A stretch of 58,468 bases of DNA, filler included, from Sphacelaria rigidula (Eukaryota), in NCBI GenBank assembly GCA_964200075.2. It is 9 parts of 9 records of this genome, joined end to end, with 100 filler letters (N's around TTAATTAATTAA, not from the genome) between each part and the next. Parts side by side here need not be neighbours in the genome. Positions count along the whole stretch, not along the records: positions 45,555 to 51,961 come from CAXNAA020020260.1; positions 52,062 to 58,468 come from CAXNAA020020261.1; 7 more parts are not named here. One strand, written 5' to 3'. This document shows, piece by piece, positions 48,283 to 58,468 of the stretch (positions within the stretch are counted from its first letter, which is position 1; the number at the start of each line of letters is the position of its first letter). Under the pieces are notes generated by a model. That model saw only the letters and a program-made list of their open reading frames with translations. It was not told where the DNA came from and made no database searches. Made by a program: the position numbers and the translations under genes.

Positions 48283-50189
48283 TATGGCTGTGTTTTTTAC
48301 CTGATCGTACCGGACAGTGCGGAAGTCAACACCCGGACCCACGATTTCGACAAGATGACTTTGCGTGCTTTGTTTCCGACAGATCTGGCTGATCGTGCAC
48401 TTATTCCTCACTACGCCTACGGTTGGTTGCATCGAAGGTATAGCAACACTGACTGATGTTCGCCCTCTAAGAGAGGAGATATTCATGCGGGGCACACTGT
48501 TCTGGTTCATTAATCCTTCCATCAAGATGTTGCAAATAAATGATGCGGAACTATTTTTTTTGTCGTTCACAGACAAGGCCGTGCTGTACAAAACGCGACA
48601 CGCGCTGCAATACGACAGAACTAGAGAGAAATCATAGCAATCTGTTCTTCGCACACTAAACAAACATGCAACCTATATCTCACCTGTACTCAACAAAGAG
48701 CATGATGTCCAGTGCACACTGAATTAAAAATATTCGATTCATTCGTGATCTACTCTACCGTACTATACGCTCGAAAAAATGATACGCCGATTCTGGCATA
48801 ATTTCATTCCAACTTCGTGGGGGGCGGGCGTACCCTACCCCACAGGGTTGCGTTGAAATCAATACAGGCGCGAGCACAGAACCCGATTATACAGGTGGAC
48901 TCGCTGGAGGGTACGAGTACGTGGGGTGTTTCGCGGACAGCGCACCCTTTGCAAAGAGAGATATGCCCCTTCGCACCAGGCGGAAGTTCGAAAAAAACAA
49001 GCCGAGAACGTGCGCGTCGCGCTGCTTCAAAGAGGAAGGAAGCACATTTTTCGGTCTTCAAAATGGGGAGTTGTGAGTGTGTTTGCTATGTCATGTCAAA
49101 TCGCAACGGAATTATTTGGTGGTACAGCGGAAGTAGAAGCACCGTTCCGCTGGAACGTTCTTTATTTTCCGAAAGGGAAGGGAACAAGAAATCGTTCCGT
49201 CAAAATTGCTAGGTATAGCTAGAAAGCTGTATTATTCAATACTCGATGTTCTCAGTGGCGTTCCACACAATGCCGTCCCAGGTGATGCGATACACTCCAA
49301 CCTAGAAGCTTGAAAGCCACGAACTCCGTCCAATCCAAACCTTGAAATGACCAAACGTTTCACCACGAGCAGCTAGTAGAACAGATGCACAGGCAAAAAT
49401 TCAAGGCGTACATGCACAGCCGATTGGATGATGACAATACTCGGAAGTTAACGTGCAGTACAGCAAGAAGTAGGGACGACTGTTTTGCGATGTGGACCAT
49501 TGCTGGATTGGCAGGGGACCAGTAAATGGAGGAGGAGCAATTAATCGCTCCATCAACAGGATGTCGGTGCTTTTCATCGTAAAATATCTGCTGTTCACGT
49601 TTTAAACTGAAGTCTTTCTTTCAAATATATGAACACAATAGTAGCCCTTCTCGACGGAGAAAATTTAGAGACCGGTGCTCTAGAACTTCGCCTGACGTTT
49701 TATTTCTCTCTTTTTTTGTTCATTTTCTGCTTCTCTTGCTTCTCCTCGCCTTCAGTTTACGGTACTATGTTCGCTCTTTTTGTTCCCATCTCTCTCGGTT
49801 TTTCGATATTTTCGCTAATTCTCTTCCGCAAATATTACCGTTTGTCTACCTCTGACAGGTCGATTTTGTTTCTAATGCCAACGGCTGGATTCGCAGCGGA
49901 TCAGTTTAGGGTAATGTGCGACCATCAATCAACCATTCCGTCCATCCACCAGCCGCTGAGCATCGATCCTCAAAAATGCACATCAGCAACAAAAACCAGC
50001 TCAGCATGACATCTGATAAGTCCATCATCTTTGGTTACAGTGTCGACCTTTGACAAAACAAAATCAACATACAGTATATTCCGATATGGAGAGTTGCTAA
50101 TATTTTTACGTTGCAGGTTCACCCTCGGCGCTTTTGTTCATCATCGCTTGCTAACTGAACAGTAGCCATCATGTGTTTTGTTTCACAAG

Positions 50190-50355
50190 CCCAACTTTTT
50201 GCATACCTGACGTGGATCCCGAACTGGTCGCGATATCCGCGATCCTGCTACGTTCAGGTGCTGGTGTGGAGGCATGGGCTCAACTGGCCCCGGCTCACAC
50301 GGAGAGGCTACGAACTGCGACGAACCGTGTCCAGGAAAGGACAGCGTCACTTGCG
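50190..50355 (+). CDS. Putative exon of unknown gene
   Basis: Open segment PTFCIPDVDPELVAISAILLRSGAGVEAWAQLAPAHTERLRTATNRVQERTASLA, with aag acceptor and gtggga donor. No family recognised. Confidence 0.4.
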
Positions 50356-51534
50356 GTGGGAAAAAGTGAGAGTTCTGAAAGCGGCTGGAAAAAAAATAGT
50401 TCCGCTACGTGGTTCGATCCATCGGCGCCACGGAGTCGTTTCCGTCTACAGCAGTACACAGGTCGTTACCAAATACTCTGTAGAACCCAAACGAAAACTT
50501 CTTGTCGCTGCAAGTTGCCGATGGCACAAAAATATTCGTCATTGCCTGCCTCCCTTGAATTTTGTCGTTTACTGTTTATCTACATGAAGATGACCTAACT
50601 ATCATATACATTTCATCGTGTTATTACTCTAGATAGCGAGACAGTGTGGCGTCATTCCGTGAACAATCGCTTTCCTATTGCGCTATCCGATTGCTGCGAA
50701 GTTCATACCCGTCGGTCACTACCCCTACAAACAGCGTTCATCCTCATAAGGACCCACCCTTCAAGATTATGCTGCTGCTGGTGGTGTATCGATATGCCGA
50801 GAAACAAATCAGATCAGATCATTTTTAGCGCCTGATGAGCATGCTCAGGTGCCACAGTGTTTCGCCCACTGTCCGACCGCCGGGCAAATTTCGCGTGCAC
50901 GACCAACACTCCAGCATACTGGGGGTAATTCTCTAAAGCCCAGCTGCGTCCGTCAAAACCCGAACTGTGTTTCACTCAGGAGTTCTTGTTTTTTTTCAAT
51001 CTGAAGCGTGGTGCGACGACTCTATCGAGTGTTCACAATCTTCAGCATTCTGCCATGAACCTTGCCTATTGGTGTTCCGTGCGCCGACACTCGCCCTCGA
51101 GAGTAGGTTACGCATGCAGTCAATCCGACAACAAATGGCAGTGGTAATGGAGAGGTGCCTCCTACGGAGTAGAACGCCGAGGGGCTACTAAATACTATAC
51201 CAATCCGGCTTCTGCGCCAGCGATACTTTCTGTGCCGTCGGACTGAGGGAGCACTGGTTTGGCTGGAGCTAAGAGGTCTTTTACCGGGGTGGTGTCACGT
51301 CTGAACACGGTGGGAATTAATAGAAGAAGGCTCGGGCACTGGTCAACTCAAGCGCACAATGCAGCCGTCGCTGACGTGATGAGAATCCTATTCCTTCAAG
51401 CTTTCCATTCGTGCGATATCTCTCTTGCCGAATAGGGTAAAAAACACGACCTCAAATCACAATTTTTTGTTGCTTCTTTCAAGCCCATTCGTTTACAGTA
51501 CCCCCCCCCCCCCCGCCGCCGCCATAAGCACCGA

Positions 51535-51650
51535 GAAGTTCGAGGTGTCTGTTGGGAGTAGGAACGCTGCTTTGTCTCGAAAGGGATAGGGATGCGTGGT
51601 CATTAGTGAAACGACTAAGGCGAGCAAAAAATCAGTACGCCCCTCCTCCC
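51535..51650 (+). mobile_element. LINE family 3' end
   Basis: gaggtgtctgttgggagtaggaac...tctcgaaagggat...gcgtggtcatt...cagtacgcccc, homologous to 33450-33560. Confidence 0.7.
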
Positions 51651-51898
51651 CTCCCCCCCGCCCCCCCTCCCGCCGCCGCCCCCTCGTAGCGTCTTGGTAG
51701 TTTCAAGGGGTCGACCCCTCTCTCCTCCGGTACCTGGCTGAACTTGTGGTGACACGAATTGGATCATGACTATCAGCACTCCCGAATTCCGTCTACTCTC
51801 GTCGAATTAATTTTCTACTCGCGATCTGACGCTTCCAATGACAGAAAATGGATTGTACTCGAAAAATCCGTCGGTATTCAAAGTCGTAACCTACCTGC

Positions 51899-51961
51899 CG
51901 GTCGCCCCGGTGGCTCAGTTGGTAACCTCGTAACCTTCTGATGGTTGAGTTGTGGGGTTCG
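51899..51961 (+). mobile_element. tRNA-derived SINE head (family B), cut by contig end
   Basis: ccggtcgccccggtggctcagttggtaacctcg...ggggttcg. Confidence 0.7.
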
Positions 51962-52061
51962 NNNNNNNNNNNNNNNNNNNNNNNNNNNNNNNNNNNNNNN
52001 NNNNNTTAATTAATTAANNNNNNNNNNNNNNNNNNNNNNNNNNNNNNNNNNNNNNNNNNNN
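51962..52061. other. Artificial contig spacer
   Basis: N-TTAATTAATTAA-N, 100 nt. Confidence 0.99.
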
Positions 52062-52959
52062 GAGAGATCAAACACTTGTAGGGACCTTTTTGACATGCGG
52101 AGTGAAAAGAAAGATACCTATGGTGGTGTGTTACGGCGGATATCGCCTGTATGTGTAGTAGGCGTTTTGCAGTACGCGTGGCAAGTGCAGTAGGTCTTAT
52201 TCCATTCGCATGTTGGTGTTGTATTCCAACCGGGCGTCCTTGACCGGAGCCCACCGCCCACAGAACTTCCATCACCCAGCAACTCTCGTTTAGCTACCTA
52301 GCTAAGACTGATTAATATCGAAGCTATCAGCCACCACTTGGAGACATCTCGCTTGCAAGTAAGTCAAGAACACCTCTTCCGCACGTGAAAGTGATTCCCT
52401 ACTTGGCCTTGCGATGCAGTGCTTATCGGACTCGATGGTCTATTACTCACGAGCTCAGGGGTCATTCCTCTCGACTGCGGTTGTTCAATGTGGCCAGCCG
52501 CTGACCTCGTGTCACCCCGGGCCGGGCGTGTTCTTCGAGAGTGACGCCAGTATCACCTCGTGATCAGACCATGACAGGTGACCTAGCTGTTGCTAGCGTG
52601 GCGCATAGGCAATCTGCAGCACACATACGGTGGTCGCGTCGACAGCTTGGTACAGCACGAGTACCCCCCATAAGTAATAATTATTCCGATATCAGGAGGT
52701 CATGGATTATCACAACTCGAAAGGAGAGACGAGAGTGCTCTACGATCAACCGCATGTCGTTGCATTCGAGACCCACGCCATCCACCGCCGACAGCAAGGG
52801 TCTTATGGATTTCACGCGACGCTGTCGGCAGTACGCCAGGCAAACCGGATCATAGCTACCTCCCTTCTGCGCAGTGGTGGTCACCCTACCAGACTGCACC
52901 GATTTCGCAAGACTTGTGAAAGCTAGACAGTTTGATTTTCATGAGCTATATGCACAAGA

Positions 52960-53185
52960 TGGACGCCGAAATCGGTTTTTCACCTAGGACCCCGAAATTT
53001 CGATTATCGAAATCCAAATTTGAATGGCGTGTAGTAGTTGTCAAAAGCTACCAGCAAGTAATAAAATGGAAGGATACTCCGAAGATTTGGCATGGATGCG
53101 GATCTTGATGGATACGGAGATTTCAGTTATCCGGGCTTTCATCCCCGATGAAAGATCCATCCCCAATTTGTAAAACCCCGTATTA
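52960..53185. mobile_element. Single arm of the 26717-27160 MITE family
   Basis: cctaggaccccga...atggcgtgtag.agttgt...agatccatccccaatttgtaa.accccgt.tt shared. Confidence 0.7.
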
Positions 53186-55524
53186 TTTCCCGATATGGGG
53201 GTCCTCGGCCCAGCGTGCAGTTGCTTGACGCTTGACACTGTCTGCTGTCTGCCCGAGAAACAGCAGTTTTCAACTTATAGTCCATGTATAGTCTATGGTA
53301 TACCGGGAAGCAAGTCGTGTGTACGTGTACTTTAAAACAGGAATGGTAGTGGCTAGGACTGGTGCGAGACGACGTAGCTGGAATTTGCCGGGAAACGGCT
53401 CGCGTCTCAGCGCCGGCTTGCTGCGGGCCCTTGCGAATGCGGGGCGACGGCGATAACACGAACTTTCATGCTCCCATACCTTTACGCTTCCGTGCTACAA
53501 CACATCACCATACTCCCGGTGCGTGCGGCAGACCTTCATTTTAGAGTAGAAGGGCCCAGCCGAGACCACTTCGGTTTCACCGCCGGAATCCGAGACCGCA
53601 ACCTCACAAACACCGAAATAATTTGAAATTGGAAGCGTCCTGGACACAGGGCAATCCATTCAGCATACCTCTGTGGCTCTCCATGCCAAGTTTCAAGTCG
53701 CAGTCCTTAAAATTGAGCTGAACAACTGAGATAAGGCCTGAGAGTGGTGTTCACTTTCCCTCAAACCTCCCTTGGAAATACGAAAAAAAACGAGAAAAAT
53801 GAAGAAGGTTTTTTTCTTTCACTGTATTATGCACTAGCGGTTCTCCATACGAAATTTCGTAGCAAAACTCTCGAAACTGAGATGCGATATCCAGATTGAG
53901 AGCATCTAATGCCTCTGCTTGTAATATGTTGATTTTAGGATAGAACCCCATGTGCGTCATTTCTCAAGATAGATTACAAATTAGGTAAATATGAGGATAC
54001 CTGTCGTTTCCTCGTGCTCCAGGGAAGGTTCACAGCAAAACTCGTTGCCTTCCGCTGAATGTATCGTTCGGGGTTTCATGTAGATTTTAGTGTGGACGCT
54101 ATCTCCTTACGGTATAAGAATTACTAGACATCAGGCTTTTTCAATGAGGAAATATTGGCCCAGGCTTTTGAGCAGATGGGCACCTTCCCCTTGACTGGAC
54201 TATTAATACGATATGCGGATCACGGCCCAACTCGTATGCTGTTGTAGAATGGGCGGCGCAAGTGCCAACCGTATGGTGCCCTGCGCGGACGAACGTGCGT
54301 GGCCATCCCCACATCGGCGATCGAAGTGAAGCTACAGCTGCAGAACCTGTTAGCCCGATATGGGCATCTCTTCATGACAACTTTACATCTTAAGGGCGAC
54401 CCATCTCGTATACGCGTAGGAATGCACTTCTCTACCCGAACAACATGACCAAAGGATTTTCGCGCCGATGAGGGATAAGCGTATATACCACGCGGCGTCA
54501 TACCTTGAATGAGGGCAAGAGGAATCCCATGTTGTAGGTACCGCGGAAATTCTCCAGCAATCATGTACAGCCGCCCAGATGAAGCAATGGACACAAGAAT
54601 TGCTCTTTCCTCCCCGCGTCCCCTCTGTCGGTCCGCCCCCTATTACAGCACCCTTCGCTCTTCACTTCTCCTTAGTTCCATGGCGATGATTTTCACCAAA
54701 ACCTACAACACACCACACCGCATGAATGACGTTCATGTATCTACAGAAGAACAGCACAGCATCTGACCGACTCTCACGTATCACGGACAGAGACCACGTT
54801 GTGCACCTCTCACGAAAAAAACGCAGACAGAAATTCTTTCTACTGCCACCATGTACACCAGAGGAGAAAATACATACAGATCACCAGCCAGTTCCGATTC
54901 ACACATCAGCCAAACAGCATTCCGTACATCACGAGGAATAACACCCCGTGATCGTTTCAGCCTTGATCTCTACGGCTGCGTGCCGGAGACGCTGAAACTG
55001 ATGCCATTGGTAACACGTCGACATGTATCTACGCACTGGAATTTTTCGCAGAGCATGGTCTTCTCGTCAAGAAATGAGGTAAGAGGGCTCATCACAAGGG
55101 GAGAGGGGATGTTACTCCCTGTATGCCCCGCAACAATCTATGATAGCTCGTCAATACAGTGTATATTATTTCTTTTATCGAATTTTGATCCCGATCCTCG
55201 CTATTGAACAAAAAAAGAAGCGTTCGGAATACCAAGCACCACTACCACTACCACCCACACAACAGTGTACATGGAGCCCACGCCTGGACCACAACAACCA
55301 CCACAACCACCACAACCACCACCATAACTTGCCCCCTGCTCTACTTTTCCTACTCCCGTCAACTGGATAACAGGTACTGCAGGATGAGGAGCAAAGAGCC
55401 TCAGGTTCCGGATCGTCGTCTCGATAAGCGTAGATGCAAAACTGAATGCGACAATGCTGCTTCCCTGGACTGAACCCCTCATGTTTGGCTGTCCAGGCCA
55501 CCTTTCACACAACAACAAAATACA

Positions 55525-55710
55525 GACGTGAATCCCCCCCGAGTATCGAACACTTGAGCGAAGCTTCCCGAACGCTTCAGGGGCCTACCGCACATGACTG
55601 CCGCGAGGCGGTCTAGCTGAGCCTCCGGCTCCTCGGCACACGAACCCATTTGCGAGGCAAGTGTTGGGTGAGGTTTCCTCCTTTCTTCAATGAAGAAAAC
55701 AAAAAATTCC
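55525..55710 (+). mobile_element. Interspersed repeat family D
   Basis: Homologous to 46050-46251. Confidence 0.65.
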
Positions 55711-55787
55711 AAGGTTAGTTCACTTTATATTTATTGTCAGCTCGGTGAACCCTTGAGACCTCTCGACGTGTGACAGCCGTCAACTTT

Positions 55788-56225
55788 TCATCCCTCTTCC
55801 TCCTCCTCCTCCTCCTCCTGTTCCTCTTCCCATCCAAATCTTGGTCCCCATCGTCTCCGTCGCGGTGCCTGGCGAGGTTCGCCGAGCTGAAACATGCCAC
55901 CAAGACCACCAGCACCACCATCGTCGTCGTCATCGTCATCGTCATCGTCATCATCATCAGAGTCTTCCTCCAGATCATCTTCAGAGTTTTCGATACTGTT
56001 GAAAAACGTTCGATCTTGTTCAGCGCTGGAGTCATCATCCAATAAGCGACCGAAACTATCACGGTTTCCGCCGTCATCATCGTCGCTTGCCACGACGTCA
56101 TCGAAGACCAATCCGTTGTGAAGCATGAGCTGCATGAGCGCCAATGAAGTGGCACGCGGTCTTCGACGAGGAGTCCCATCACTATCACTCGCACCCGCAC
56201 CCGCATCTGGATTGCTGTGGCTTCC
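55788..56225 (-). CDS. Probable terminal exon encoding a highly acidic C-terminal tail
   Basis: gacag acceptor, 146 codons including stop. Encodes GSHSNPDAGAGASDSDG...LMQLMLHNGLVFDD...poly-D...GWEEEQEEEEEEEEG*. Confidence 0.55.
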   Translation of the reverse strand, partial: GSHSNPDAGAGASDSDGTPRRRPRATSLALMQLMLHNGLVFDDVVASDDDDGGNRDSFGRLLDDDSSAEQDRTFFNSIENSEDDLEEDSDDDDDDDDDDDDDGGAGGLGGMFQLGEPRQAPRRRRWGPRFGWEEEQEEEEEEEEG

Positions 56226-58351
56226 CTGTCGTGGGCACCATTTTTCCGCATTTTCATGTAAAGCACAGTAAAAGTACGCCGGATAGATTGGTGGTTAGGA
56301 GGTTGACACCTCAGATGACGTAATTCATATACCTAAACGATTGAAAATAACTCCGCAGGTGAGGAACACGTCTGACACGTTTGATGGGGCGCACGGTAAG
56401 ATGGGAGACAGATTATTCAAATAAAGAGTGCCGGTACAAGTCTCAAGTACAAATCGCGCTCTAATCAGTGTCAAGGTTCGATTTCTGAGTGACGTGCCCG
56501 CACATAATAACATGTGCGCACAGAGGGGCGGACGGCTTCGTGAGTAGAAAAACAAAATATTTATAGTAGGAACAACGCTCGGAACTTGTGTAGGGTATCT
56601 ATACTTTGAGTGTATGAATGTCTGGGTAGTCGCTACCGTGAAGAAGTAATCGAACCGTATGTTGAAAGAGGGGATAACGGCCACCATCTTGCAGTAGCAC
56701 ACACAAACACAGCTCCCAACGGTCATTGCCCGATTGATCCAATCGTCGTATTTTGGCGTTTCAAACTTAGTTGAGAAGGTACTCTAGGTTATATAAGCAC
56801 CAACATCAGCCGGGTTGGTGCTGCTTCCCTGTCATGGGCGTCCTTTCCATGCGCAACAACGTGTGGAATTGTGTGGTTAAGGGTGGAAATATACCCCAGG
56901 GAGAAAGGGGGAGAATTTCTGAGCTACAGTACTCGGCGCCTGAACAGTTGAATTTGTGATTTATTAGTTGGCGATTTTCTTGGGCTCCTTCGCTTGCCGC
57001 CGCATTGAGGATCTGAAGATACTTGTATCCGCTCCACATTCCAAGAAAACAATATCATGTGTATTCAATATTGAGTGACTAACGGGCTAATCGGTCATCG
57101 GGGGTCCTGCCACGTGCCAGCCCAAATTCTGACTCTTTGGTATTTTCGGTCCATCGAGCCTGTCCCGATCGTACTTTGTGAAGAAATGTATAGGATTGTT
57201 TTTTGGAAGTCTACCCTCTCATTGCACCAGAGCCGAATAACTGTGTTTCACAGTCAATAACACCCTCCTGATAAACGGGATATCTACTCGTATCGCCCGT
57301 TAAAACCAAGTAACACTAACTTGGGCACTGGCGGGGGGGGGTGTTCATCTCACCAAAATCTACCGACACTAGCACTTTCAAGATCTATCGAACAGTAGTC
57401 GCGAAAAAAAACCTTTTGAACAATAAACAGTTCAGTACTATAACACGGCACTTGTTGCTGATTTGAGTACCGCAGCAGGTCTATATACCGGCATTGCTCG
57501 TATTCCCATTCGAAACGCCCCTGCATGGTATGCAGGGGAACCCACTGTACAGCTGTCACCCCTCCCCCAAAATTACAGTATTGCAAACGACTAGCTACTG
57601 AAGACATGGCGAGACCGATTGCCGAGAAGAGGGTGGCGATACAGCGTGTGGAGGCAACGTTGAACCAGATCGCTGCTCCCGCACCTAGCACCAACAATCG
57701 GACCGCTGATCCACCCGAGCACTGCAAAGCCGCTGCCGCACCGGTCTCACATCGACGTAAGCGTTGACGGTGCTCATGGTGCAGTTACCGATGATCTTTA
57801 CGGTGCTGAATCCACGGACGGCATGACCGGGGCTACTGCAGACATGGTTGGGGGCTCCGCGTTATCGCAGAGCAGCCCGGCGGTCGCGTGGTCGGACACG
57901 CCCGCTGGAGGGAACGGTGGGGGTAGGCATGGATACGCAGGCTGCGTCAAGTGGTGCGCCGCATCTGACCGGTCAGAGTCCAAGTGCGGCAAGTGGTCGT
58001 ATCCGTAGCCGCCCAGCCGTCACATGGTGGCGCATGCAGAACTCGGAGGGACTGCCGGCTTTGCGGCAGCGACCGGTCAAGTAGGTCCTCCCGAATGACC
58101 CGTAGTTCACGGCGACGCAACAATAGGCCTATTGAGTGCGTCACCGATGGTATCGGCCGGTTGGAACGGCGGGGACCCTCAAACCCCTGGCGTGACCGGT
58201 TCGCAGGATTGGTCGCAAGCCCCGACCATCACCGATGGTTGGCCACAACTTCGTCCCCTGAGTGGCATATCAGGTTGGCCATCCGGGAACGCATGCTAGT
58301 CATTCGACAGCGCGGGTTGGCCAGTCGAAAGCACGGCTAGAGGTGCCGGGA

Positions 58352-58468
58352 CGGGGGTGTACTCATGATCATGCTTGCCATCGTCATCAGACCATTGACC
58401 TCGTATCCCTACAAAGCCGGGACGGAGCACGCCGGGTTTTCACCGGACCAGGCTCGCAATTAATCACC
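58352..58468 (-). mobile_element. Retroposon 3' end (family C)
   Basis: Reverse complement of 34010-34125. Confidence 0.65.

Noticed and set aside
6409..52061. Regularly spaced TTAATTAATTAA motif as a biological repeat or array
   Set aside because: It is always embedded in 44+44 Ns, so it is an artificial linker.
52380..54600. Possible viral or retroelement coding remnants
   Set aside because: Translations in all frames are short or stop-ridden and I recognise no diagnostic motif.
55715..56266. 183-aa ORF with MMMTMTMT tract
   Set aside because: An alternative frame of the GAY-repeat acidic exon; the poly-Asp/Glu frame has the proper acceptor and stop.
57790..58340. GC-rich overlapping ORFs as a gene
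   Set aside because: No splice structure or known domain. Possibly a decayed TE, but this is unsupported.

Overview
Eukaryotic, repeat-rich genomic DNA, most consistent with a brown alga or related stramenopile. This is inferred from the intron-rich genes, a flagellar dynein p28 gene, TTAGGG telomeric repeat and the TE landscape. The window is not one locus. It is nine unlinked contigs of 6408/6407 bp joined by artificial 100-nt N-TTAATTAATTAA-N spacers, so nothing can be inferred across spacers. Recognisable host genes, all partial: a USP9/24/34-type ubiquitin-specific protease (3 exons, minus), axonemal inner-arm dynein light chain p28/DNALI1 (4 exons, minus), a two-exon low-complexity/coiled-coil protein (plus), an acidic terminal exon and weak exons of an unknown gene. 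The rest is mostly mobile DNA: the 3' half of a Ty1/copia element (RNase H, PPT, LTR), a decayed two-ORF retroelement with a 21-aa tandem repeat and a CCHC gag knuckle, a 5'-truncated LINE family, tRNA-derived SINEs, two decayed mariner transposase fragments, several fold-back MITEs, a hAT-like element carrying (TAACCC)8, and a CACAC-terminated TIR element containing 75-bp-period hairpin arrays. No CRISPR array, rRNA or bona fide tRNA gene was found. Family assignments come from remembered motifs, not database searches.
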